Assembly: GCA_001804565.1 (NCBI GenBank)
Contig: MHAC01000077.1
Location: forward strand, 1-55,851
Length of the DNA stretch: 55,851 bases
Origin: Ignavibacteria bacterium GWF2_33_9
GTDB taxonomy: Bacteria; Bacteroidota; Ignavibacteria; Kapaibacteriales; UBA2268
Direction: 5' to 3'
Made by a program: the position numbers and the translations under genes
Notes under the pieces: generated by a model
Seen by the model: only the letters and a program-made list of their open reading frames with translations
Told to the model about the DNA's origin: nothing
Databases searched by the model: none
Shown: positions 18,734-27,326 of the stretch, piece by piece
How the letters are laid out: each line of letters opens with the position of its first letter
How positions within the stretch are numbered: position 1 is the stretch's first letter

Positions 18734-20155
18734 TCAATTTTCTTTGAAATTGTTAGTTATGTCCATTTGTTCTATTCTATAACGCAATTTTGCACGGGAT
18801 ATTCCTAAAATCTTGGCCGCTTTAATTTGATTCCCGTGAACAATTTTCAATACTTCAGATATTAATTTTTTATTCACATCGAAATACTTTGCACCATACG
18901 GGCATAATTTCAATTCGAAACCATCAATCAATTCATCTGATTCTTTTTCTCTTGGCGGCAGAACCTGAGGTTTCATGTAACCACGCAGAAAAGCGAAAGA
19001 TTCAAAATCGAGTAATTCTTTATTTTCCATCAATGCGATGCGTTCAATTGCATTGCGCAATTCACGTATATTACCTTTCCAAGTATAATTCAACATGAAA
19101 GATGCAGCTTCGGGAGTGAAACCTTTAATCTGCTTTCCGAATTTCTTATTGAATTCATTCAGGAAACTCGTTGCTATAGCGATAATGTCGTCACCTCTGT
19201 CTCTTAAAGGAGGGAGATTGATTTTGGCAACATTCAGCCTATAGAAGAGGTCCTCACGGAATTTGCCATTGACTACCAAATCTTCTAAATCCCTATTAGT
19301 CGATGCAACGATACGTACATCTACGGAGACTTCCTTTGCTCCGCCCAAACGGTAAAACTTTCTTTCCTGCAGAACTCGGAGCAATTTTACTTGTAAGTCC
19401 ATGCTTAGTTCGCTTATTTCATCAAGCAAAATTGTGCCATGTTGAGCTTGCTCAAATTTACCGGGGCGCATTTTTTCGGTTGCACCTGTAAATGCACCTT
19501 TTTCGTATCCGAAAAATTCATTTTCTGCAAGTTCCCGTGGGATAGCACCGCAATTTAAAGTAACAAAAGGACCGTTTTTACGAGAAGAATTATCGTGAAT
19601 ATAACGAGCCATCAACTCTTTACCAGTTCCTGTTTCGCCATAAATCAGAGCAGTAGTATCATCAGTTTTTGCAATTAATCTTCCCAATTCCAAAGCATGG
19701 AGTAAAGCACCGCTTTTACCGATAATTTCGGCAGGTTGTTCTCGATTAATCTGTTCTGATAATAATTCTACACGCCTGCGTAAATCGAAATTCCGCAAAG
19801 TACGTTCCAAAGTCATATCAAGTTGTTCCAAATCAATCGGTTTGATGATGAAATCCTCTGCACCAAGTTTGATAGAACGAATTGCAAGTTTAAGGTCAGA
19901 TTGAGATGTGATGAGCACAATCGGCATAGAATAACCGAGTTTGCGGTTTTTTTCAATAAGATCCAATCCATTCGTCTGCCCGCAAAACATATCAATAATC
20001 ATTAAATCAGGCACAATTTTATGCATCTGATTCATTGCTATGTCAGGATCTTCGAAGAATTCAACACGCTGATACTTCCCTTCTAATCCTTGTTTGAGGG
20101 TTTCTTTTACGTACTGATTATCTTCGATTACAACTAAGGTGTATTTTTTAATCAA
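18734..20155 (-). CDS. Sigma-54-dependent response regulator (NtrC/AtoC type)
   Basis: Receiver (IED, IIDMF, IKP), Walker A GETGTGKE, GAFTGA, LLDEISE, WKGNIRELRN and Fis-type HTH. Confidence 0.93.
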   Translation of the reverse strand: MIKKYTLVVIEDNQYVKETLKQGLEGKYQRVEFFEDPDIAMNQMHKIVPDLMIIDMFCGQTNGLDLIEKNRKLGYSMPIVLITSQSDLKLAIRSIKLGAEDFIIKPIDLEQLDMTLERTLRNFDLRRRVELLSEQINREQPAEIIGKSGALLHALELGRLIAKTDDTTALIYGETGTGKELMARYIHDNSSRKNGPFVTLNCGAIPRELAENEFFGYEKGAFTGATEKMRPGKFEQAQHGTILLDEISELSMDLQVKLLRVLQERKFYRLGGAKEVSVDVRIVASTNRDLEDLVVNGKFREDLFYRLNVAKINLPPLRDRGDDIIAIATSFLNEFNKKFGKQIKGFTPEAASFMLNYTWKGNIRELRNAIERIALMENKELLDFESFAFLRGYMKPQVLPPREKESDELIDGFELKLCPYGAKYFDVNKKLISEVLKIVHGNQIKAAKILGISRAKLRYRIEQMDITNNFKEN

Positions 20156-20403
20156 AAAAAACTCTTTATTTTTTACTAATTTTTCAAAATTGATTTTCTT
20201 CCATTTTCAATTGTTCAATTTAAAAATTATCCTTAAAATGTACATCTGTAAGTAATCTTTAAGAAATGAACGGATTGAAAAACGTAAATTATCAATTAAT
20301 TTGAAATTAAGCAAAAAATAATAAAAAAAATAATAAAAAAAATGCTTGTTTAGTCAAACTAAGTTAAATTTGTAATTTACGAAACATAAAATTAAGGAAA
20401 CAA

Positions 20404-21243
20404 ATGAAATTCAAAATAATTTTACTTGGGATAATTTCTTTCGCATTAATATCATGCTCTGAAGATAATGGTCCGGCAAAAAATGTTGATCTAAAAACAT
20501 TTGATGATTCTGCGAGTTATGCTCTTGGTGTGCAATTAGGTATGGGCAGCCGCAGAGATTCAATGAATATTAATTTAGACATTTACAATCTTGGTTTCCA
20601 AAATGGTAAGGACAGCACTGACCTGCTACTTCCTGATTCAACAATGCAAAAAGTGTTCGAAACTTTGCAAGCAAAAATGCAGGCTAAACAAATGGAAGCT
20701 CAAGATAAGGCACAAAAGGAAATGGAAGAAAAAGGAAAAGCTCTTGCAATTTCCAATAAAACATTCCTTGCTGAAAATAAAAATAAACCGGGTGTAAAGG
20801 TTACTAAATCAGGTTTACAGTACGAAGTAAAGAAAGCCGGTTCAGGTGTAAAAGCACAACAAGCTGATTTATTGAAAGTTAAATTTACTGCTTCTTTCGC
20901 AAATGGAGAAGTTTTCGATACTACTGCAAAAAATAATGCTATCGATTTCCCTGTTGTAGGTCTTTTCCCGGGTTGGACTGAAGCTGCAACTATGATGCAG
21001 AAGGGTGGTAAATATGTGTTTGTATTCCCACCTGAAATTGCTTTTGGTGATCGTCCTGCAGGTCCTATTCCTCCAAATTCAGTAATTATCTTCAATGTTG
21101 AATGTGTTGATGTTAATGCAGGTGGTAATAAGCAAGGTTATGAACAATTCAAACAAATGGAAGAAATGAGGAAACAACAGGAAGCTCAGATGAAAAATCA
21201 GCCTCCTCAACAGCCAGTTCCTATCCAAGTTGACCCAAAATAA
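20404..21243 (+). CDS. FKBP-type peptidyl-prolyl isomerase lipoprotein (FkpA/Mip-like)
   Basis: Lipobox LISC; SYALG N-terminal domain; TKSGLQYEV, FDTT, PGWTE and IPPNS motifs; Gln/Pro-rich tail. Confidence 0.88.
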   Translation: MKFKIILLGIISFALISCSEDNGPAKNVDLKTFDDSASYALGVQLGMGSRRDSMNINLDIYNLGFQNGKDSTDLLLPDSTMQKVFETLQAKMQAKQMEAQDKAQKEMEEKGKALAISNKTFLAENKNKPGVKVTKSGLQYEVKKAGSGVKAQQADLLKVKFTASFANGEVFDTTAKNNAIDFPVVGLFPGWTEAATMMQKGGKYVFVFPPEIAFGDRPAGPIPPNSVIIFNVECVDVNAGGNKQGYEQFKQMEEMRKQQEAQMKNQPPQQPVPIQVDPK

Positions 21244-21266
21244 GAAAAAAATCGATTTATTTCAAT

Positions 21267-21306
21267 AAAAAAAGACGTCTCCCTGAAAAAGAGGCGTCTT
21301 TTTTTT
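21267..21306. terminator. Bidirectional intrinsic terminator
   Basis: A7-gacgtctc-loop-gaggcgtc-T8 between convergent genes. Confidence 0.82.
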
Positions 21307-21320
21307 GTGGATGATTATCA

Positions 21321-24131
21321 CTAATCTTTGTCTTCGGGGAAGAGAAAGAATTTATCAATCTTTCTCACATCAAGATATTGCTTTGCAGCATCCTGAATTG
21401 TTTTTGCATTGATGTTTTGCACCATTTTCTCATAATCCAGTAAGAATGATTGATCTTCATTATATTGAACTGAATTATGTATAATTTGCTGCCACCAATT
21501 GTTTTCCTTTCTTGCTGTTTCAATTTCTCTTAAGAAAGTTTCATGCACTTTTTCAACATATTTTTGATCAACAGGTTTATCCTGTAATTCTTTGAAAATA
21601 TCGATTGTTGCAATTGTTAATTCTTCAACTCTATCTGGTGAACAACCGAATCCTGAGTAAAGCACCATTCTTTCTCGAGGAATTTTACTGCCTCGTAGAG
21701 ATGCATAAGCTCCATAAGTGCCGCCTTTATCTTCACGAATCACTTCACGCAACCGTATATTAATTACTTCGTTAAGAGCACGAAGTATTAATCTGTTAAT
21801 GGGTGTATATTCGAAATCATTGTACTGGAATAAATTTACTGAACTTTTGAATTCAATTCCTTTTTTTACAGTTTTCGTAATTGTTTTTTCTACAGGTACA
21901 ATATTGCGGTCAATCCAAGATTCTTTGCGATTAATGGAAGGCAATGAAGCAATATATTTTTTGGCAAACTCTTTCACTTTATCCATATCGACGGATCCAA
22001 CAAAAACAAATGTAAAATCACTTGCATCTTTGAATCTATCTTTGTAAAATTCGAAAACCTTGGATAAATCGAGCAAATTCACGTCATTACGGTCCATGCG
22101 CTTAACACGTGGATTGTAATTGTATAATACTGCGCTGATTGAATCGCTGAATATCATATCTGGGTCATTTTCGAACATAGTAATTTGGTCCAATCTTTGT
22201 GATTTATATGCTTCGAATGCATCTTTATCAATTCTTGGTTCCGTGAAATACATATTTATCATTTGCATCAATAATTCAAAATCTGTAACAGATGAACTGC
22301 CTGAGAGACCTTCTTCTTCAGGATAAATATATGGTCCTACGTTTACAATTTTTCCGGCAAGCATTTTTTGTAATGTTACATCATCGAATTCTCCCAATCC
22401 GCTTTTGTCTATAATAGAACTTGCAGTATTTGCATTGAATAAATTTTCTGTTTCTGCTAAGGAATATCCTCCGGGACTAAATGCTTCAAATAAAATTTGG
22501 TCATTTTTGAAATCAGTTTTCTTCACGATAACCTTTGCGCCATTGGAAAGAGTGAATTCTGTCCAGTCAAGTTTTTCATTCTTCTTTTCGCTTGTAATGG
22601 TTCCCGGAGTAACTTTTCTGCTGAATAAAGGTTTATCGGTAACTACATCAACGTATGCATCGTATTTTTTCGAATAATAGTCATTGTATATTGAAAGAAC
22701 CTCTTCGTTGGAAGGAACTTTCACACCTTCTTTTTCGGGTGTGGCAATTGTAATAATCGTATTATCTTTTGTTACCATTTTTGGTAAAAAAGCATTAATT
22801 TCATCTAATGTAATAGTTGGGTAATATACATTCATATACTCCATATTTTGCTCAGGGGAAGTAAAGGAGTTTCCAGTGAGGAAGGTGCTAATGAGCCTGT
22901 TTGCGTAATTCCTGCTTTCTGTTTTATCCTTTTCTTTTATTGCCTTTTCAGCATAAGCAAGATTTCTTTGTATTGCACGGTCCAATTCTGACTGAGTAAA
23001 TCCTGTTTGATATGCACGGAAAAGCTCTGTGAGCATAATTTGGAAAGAATATTCAATATCGTCTCCTTTGCCAATGCAATTTACTTCGAAAGCATCTTTA
23101 TCGCCTTCGAATGAACCATATCTCGGAAATGCATACAGAAATGGGGGATTCGGCTTGGACATATACTCATTGTATCTGCTGTACATCATGTTGGAAATAA
23201 GACTTTCCACTAGACCGGACCTGAAATTACTGAAATCGTCTTTTGCTCTTTTGGGATGTTTGTAAGTTATGCCAATCTGCGGGTATGAAAGTTCTTTGTC
23301 TGTAAGTACAGAAACGATTATACCTTTATTGTCAGGAATAGGATAAACTTGTCCTTCACGGTATTTATCAGGATTTTTCATTTTGGAAAATCTTTCTTTA
23401 ATAACTTTTTCAACCAAGTTTAAATCAAAGTCCCCAATTGCAATTACAGCCATATTGTTTGGACGATACCATTCTTTGTAAAAGCGTCTGAAAACATCGT
23501 AAGGAGCTTTAGCAATAATATTGGTATCTCCTATTACGTCACGGTCAGCATATTTTGAACCTTTAAAGATTACAGGTAATTGCTGCTTCCAGATTCTTTC
23601 GTCAGCACCACGATAAAGTCTCTCTTCTTCCAGAATAACGCCTCTTTCTTTGTCGATTTCTTTATCTTCGAAAAGTGCCAAATGCCCCCATTCTTCGATA
23701 ATTTGTAAACCTTTGAGGAGCAATTCTTCTTTGTCTGTCGGCACTTGAAGCATATATACAGTTTGATTGAAATTAGTATAAGCATTCAAATCAGCACCAA
23801 ATTGCATACCGATTGATTCTATATAATCAACTAATTCTGATCGAGGGAATGATTTTGTACCGTTAAATTCCATGTGTTCGCAAAAATGAGCTAATCCTTT
23901 TTGGTCGTCATCTTCGTTGATAGATCCGGCATGAACTACTAACCTGAGTTCAGCTCTTTGCTCTGGTTTTTGATTCTTCATAATGTAGTAAGTCAATCCA
24001 TTGGAAAGTTTTCCGGTGAGGACTGATGGGTTCAGAGGCACTTTGCCTTTGATTTCTTTTTGTGCATTAATTGTTGTAGTGGAAATTAAAACAACAATCA
24101 GCATCAAAAAAATTCTTTTTGCGGAATTCAT
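21321..24131 (-). CDS. M16B-family zinc protease (PqqL-like, insulinase family)
   Basis: Signal peptide; inverted Zn motif AHFCEH; LNAYT and ERGVILEE; second LSNG repeat; LREVIRED.GGTY. Confidence 0.92.
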   Translation of the reverse strand: MNSAKRIFLMLIVVLISTTTINAQKEIKGKVPLNPSVLTGKLSNGLTYYIMKNQKPEQRAELRLVVHAGSINEDDDQKGLAHFCEHMEFNGTKSFPRSELVDYIESIGMQFGADLNAYTNFNQTVYMLQVPTDKEELLLKGLQIIEEWGHLALFEDKEIDKERGVILEEERLYRGADERIWKQQLPVIFKGSKYADRDVIGDTNIIAKAPYDVFRRFYKEWYRPNNMAVIAIGDFDLNLVEKVIKERFSKMKNPDKYREGQVYPIPDNKGIIVSVLTDKELSYPQIGITYKHPKRAKDDFSNFRSGLVESLISNMMYSRYNEYMSKPNPPFLYAFPRYGSFEGDKDAFEVNCIGKGDDIEYSFQIMLTELFRAYQTGFTQSELDRAIQRNLAYAEKAIKEKDKTESRNYANRLISTFLTGNSFTSPEQNMEYMNVYYPTITLDEINAFLPKMVTKDNTIITIATPEKEGVKVPSNEEVLSIYNDYYSKKYDAYVDVVTDKPLFSRKVTPGTITSEKKNEKLDWTEFTLSNGAKVIVKKTDFKNDQILFEAFSPGGYSLAETENLFNANTASSIIDKSGLGEFDDVTLQKMLAGKIVNVGPYIYPEEEGLSGSSSVTDFELLMQMINMYFTEPRIDKDAFEAYKSQRLDQITMFENDPDMIFSDSISAVLYNYNPRVKRMDRNDVNLLDLSKVFEFYKDRFKDASDFTFVFVGSVDMDKVKEFAKKYIASLPSINRKESWIDRNIVPVEKTITKTVKKGIEFKSSVNLFQYNDFEYTPINRLILRALNEVINIRLREVIREDKGGTYGAYASLRGSKIPRERMVLYSGFGCSPDRVEELTIATIDIFKELQDKPVDQKYVEKVHETFLREIETARKENNWWQQIIHNSVQYNEDQSFLLDYEKMVQNINAKTIQDAAKQYLDVRKIDKFFLFPEDKD

Positions 24132-24290
24132 CTCAACTCCTTTTTGTTTTTCAAAATTAAGAAATTCAAATTACGCAAATTTCCTTTAACAGATGCAATA
24201 TTAACGTAATTTTGAATTAAATTTAAATAAATAATTACTATATTTTTAGATTATTTGTTAATTTGCATTTTTAAAAATTAAATTTAAAAA

Positions 24291-24989
24291 ATGAGCAAAA
24301 TTAATGAAGTTTGGGATTTGGCGAGTTTACGCTACACGTCCCACCCATGGCATGGCATTTCAATCGGCGAAAAAGCACCTGATATAGTTACGTGTTTTAT
24401 TGAACTTATTCCAAGCGATACTGTAAAATATGAGTTGGACAAGTATTCGGGATATTTGAAAGTGGACCGTCCACAAAAATTCTCCTCTCTTGTTCCTGCA
24501 CTTTATGGTTTTATCCCACAGACATATTGCAACGAAAGAATTGGTGAATTCTGCGAGAAGCAGACAGGTAGAAATGAAATTGTCGGCGATGGTGATCCTT
24601 TGGATGTACTGGTTCTCTCAGAGAGGAATATCAATCACGGGAACATACTTGTGCATGCAATTCCGATTGGTGGTTTCCGAATGATTGATGGAGGCGAAGC
24701 TGATGATAAAATCATTGCGATTCTCCAACAGGATGAAGTTTACAAGGATTGGAAGGATGTTTCGGATTTGCCTGAATCGCTTATAAATCGTCTGAAACAC
24801 TATTTCCTGACTTATAAAGATATGCCCGGTGCAGAAATGTCACGATGTGAGATTACTCACACTTATGGTGCTGAAGAAGCAAAGGAAGTAATACGCTTGA
24901 GTCAGCAGGATTATTTAGATAATTTCGGCAACATTCATTCTAAGTTGTCACGTGCTGCTTGGGATGCAATAAACAGGATAAAGAAATAA
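24291..24989 (+). CDS. ppa: Inorganic pyrophosphatase (family I)
   Basis: HPWHG, KYELDK, YGFIPQTY, DGDPLD, DDKIIA and FLTYK motifs. Confidence 0.95.
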   Translation: MSKINEVWDLASLRYTSHPWHGISIGEKAPDIVTCFIELIPSDTVKYELDKYSGYLKVDRPQKFSSLVPALYGFIPQTYCNERIGEFCEKQTGRNEIVGDGDPLDVLVLSERNINHGNILVHAIPIGGFRMIDGGEADDKIIAILQQDEVYKDWKDVSDLPESLINRLKHYFLTYKDMPGAEMSRCEITHTYGAEEAKEVIRLSQQDYLDNFGNIHSKLSRAAWDAINRIKK

Positions 24990-25060
24990 CGATAGATACA
25001 AAAAAAAATGTTGACTCTTGGTGTACCTAGACACTTAGTTTTTCGATTATTTTCATTTTC

Positions 25061-25230
25061 TGACTAACGAAATGGACGCTGGCTCTTAAGCCGCATCGGT
25101 AACGCACTTCAAAGTACGCAAGGAACTGATTTTGGGAGACGTGAAAATCGTGGAGAACACGCTGAACGAACTAATCAAAATCGTTCTGCGAGTGAACGGA
25201 TACGCCGTAGCGAGCCATTACCGCACATCA
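25061..25230 (+). other. Structured non-coding element (degenerate attC-like site or ncRNA)
   Basis: GC-richer stretch with long-range pairing aatgg-a-cgct-ggc (25071-25083) / gcc-gt-agcg-ag-ccatt (25204-25219), inner hairpin gaacga...tcgttc (25164-25186), and gactaac at the 5' edge. Confidence 0.35.
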
Positions 25231-25232
25231 TA

Positions 25233-25269
25233 CCCCAAATTCATGTTTGGGGGGGGAGGGAGGGGGATT
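25233..25269. repeat. REP-like hairpin plus G-rich tract
   Basis: ccccaaa-ttcatg-tttgggg then ggggagggagggggatt; the reverse complement starts aatccccct, as at 264-272. Confidence 0.45.
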
Positions 25270-25484
25270 AATTGTTATTTGATTTAATATGTTTATTTAT
25301 TGTAATAATTTGTGTATTTTTGAAAATAACATTTTACTGAATACTTTATATTAATATTTAAATTATTTTTTGTATGATAAAACTATTTATTTTATTAAAT
25401 CGTATTTTTAAATGATTGTTTTAGATTCTAATTCTTAAAGTTAAAATTGATTGTTATTATTGATATATTACTGTCGGAGGAACA

Positions 25485-25697
25485 ATGAATATTGAACTCT
25501 TATCAACAAAAATTCTTTCAAAAGAAATCCTAAATAATAATAAAAAAGCTTTTGATATAGTAGAATACTATTCAAACGTTTCATCTATTATTGAAAGAAC
25601 AAAAATTGCTTTAGGAAAAAAAAGAAATTATAGATTGTCTAGTTCTTCTACAAATACCGAAAAAATAGATAATAAACTTTATGCTTCCACGCATTAA
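25485..25697 (+). CDS. Small hypothetical protein (70 aa) coupled to the protease gene
   Basis: SD ggagg upstream of the ATG; overlaps the next CDS by 17 bp; amphipathic helical core (FDIVEYY..VSSIIERTKIALGKK). Confidence 0.7.
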   Translation: MNIELLSTKILSKEILNNNKKAFDIVEYYSNVSSIIERTKIALGKKRNYRLSSSSTNTEKIDNKLYASTH

Positions 25698-26613
25698 AAC
25701 ATCGCAAGATTGGAATAATTTTATTGCTTCAAATCCTCAACTTTCAGGTAATGATTTGTTGACAATGAGGCATAATTGCTATTCTGATATTGAAAAATTA
25801 AGAAAAAGACCATTAATTGTTTATGCAACAAAGTTTTTAGATGCATTACCAAATACTCCAAATTTTATTGATATATCAGATATTGATGGTTTTACTGATT
25901 TGGTTCAATCAATAAATGATTCTGATCAGATTGATGTATTATTACACAGTCCTGGTGGAAGACCTGATGCTACTGAGAGAATTGTACATATTTTAAGAAA
26001 TAAATTTAAAGAAGTTCACTTTTTAGTACCCCATTCTGCTTATTCGGCAGCTACTATGCTTGCTTTATCAGGTAATACTATTACTTTACATCCGAGTGCA
26101 ACATTAGGACCTATCGATCCTCAAATAAATGGTATACCCGCACGTTCGATCAAAAGAGGGTTTGAAAAAGTTAAAGAAATTATTAAAGTTGAAGGACCTG
26201 AAGCACTTCCTGCATATATTCCATTAATTGAAAAATATACTCTTGATTTATTGGAACTATGCGATGACTCGGAGAAATTGTCAAAAGATTTAGTGAGTAA
26301 TTGGATTCGAGAATATATGCTTCAAGGGAATGAAAAGTTTAGTGGTCAAATTGAGAAATCGGTTGATTTCTTTTCAGATTATGACACTCATCTTTTACAT
26401 TCAAGACCCTTAATAATCAGTAAGTTGAAACAATTTGAATTGAATATACTACAAGCTGATGAAGAATTAAGTAATTTGATTTGGGAAGCTTATATTCAGT
26501 TAAATGGTTTTTTTGGACTTTCTCCTTTTGTAAAATTATATGAAAATAATCATAACGTTTCATGGGGTAAACAGTATCAACAAATTTTAGTTCCAAATCA
26601 AAGCCAATCTTAA
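25681..26613 (+). CDS. SDH-family ClpP/crotonase-fold serine proteinase
   Basis: LLHSPGG, AYSAATMLAL (Ser), LGPIDPQ (Asp) and HSRPL (His) in S-D-H order; no signal peptide or TM. Confidence 0.85.
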   Translation: MLPRIKTSQDWNNFIASNPQLSGNDLLTMRHNCYSDIEKLRKRPLIVYATKFLDALPNTPNFIDISDIDGFTDLVQSINDSDQIDVLLHSPGGRPDATERIVHILRNKFKEVHFLVPHSAYSAATMLALSGNTITLHPSATLGPIDPQINGIPARSIKRGFEKVKEIIKVEGPEALPAYIPLIEKYTLDLLELCDDSEKLSKDLVSNWIREYMLQGNEKFSGQIEKSVDFFSDYDTHLLHSRPLIISKLKQFELNILQADEELSNLIWEAYIQLNGFFGLSPFVKLYENNHNVSWGKQYQQILVPNQSQS

Positions 26614-26985
26614 TTCGAATTCTGCTAATATAAATTCAAAAAAAAATTTAACTTTTTTCAAATTGTATGAAGTTTTTTAGATAAAATTCTTTTGTTTTAT
26701 CTTAGATTGTTCGATTGAAGTAATAAGAATTATTCTCAAGATTATCTGATAATTTCTTTAAATAAAGCTGAAAAATAAAAAAAACTTCGTTGTTGGTGGA
26801 ATATGAATTATTTTATCTAATTTTAGAGGATTCATCTATTATAAAATCCCACTCCTTTTGAATAAATTCATTACTCATAATATTTATAATAAAATAATAA
26901 CTCTTTCTTTTTTAACTTTTTACTCTTTGTTAGAATTGCAATTCACATAAAAAGAAATTTAATTATTAAGAAAAGTAATTTTGGT

Positions 26986-27183
26986 CTAGGTTTGGGGATT
27001 CGAGTCACATTCTTCGCAGAGAAAATCACCGAGAGGAAAAGTGAGATTATTCGCTATTCGTGTTTCCGTATTGTTTAAATCGGGAATACGATTAACGAAT
27101 CTGCCTGTACCAAACTCCACCGACTCACCACAATGATTGCAAAACTGATGCAATTCTGGACTATCAAATTTAATTAATTCCAT
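26986..27183 (-). CDS. Small putative zinc-finger protein (CxxC...CxxC)
   Basis: CNHC at residues 15-18 and CEEC at 56-59, with GTGRFVNRIPD between. Confidence 0.7.
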   Translation of the reverse strand: MELIKFDSPELHQFCNHCGESVEFGTGRFVNRIPDLNNTETRIANNLTFPLGDFLCEECDSNPQT

Positions 27184-27326
27184 AACATTTTTTTTGCAAT
27201 TTAATAAAAATCACATAACAAATTATTAAAAAAGTAAAGTATTTAAGTTTGGGGATAAGAGTGATTCTCCTTCTTTAGTGGGATTTGTAATGATGAATAT
27301 ACTTGTTAATAAGCTCTGATAGGTTG

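Noticed and set aside
25019-25230. MITE or IS3-like ends (tggtgtacc ... reverse complement tgatgtgcg)
   Set aside because: Only about 6 of 8 terminal bases match, the match does not extend, and no target duplication is evident.
25010-25270. tmRNA, RNase P or SRP RNA
   Set aside because: No tRNA-like acceptor/CCA ends, no convincing tag ending in ALAA-stop, and no RNase P or SRP consensus.
25090-25287. Stop-free frame reading ..FKVRKELILGDVKIVENTLNELIKIVLRVNGYAVASHY.. as a possible transposase or maturase remnant
   Set aside because: No credible start or SD and no recognisable DDE, HUH or RT motif; the DNA is better explained as a palindromic element.
26844-27286. 10-bp perfect inverted repeat aaatcccact / agtgggattt flanking the zinc-finger ORF
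   Set aside because: Does not extend in either direction, and a 10-bp match at this distance is plausible by chance.
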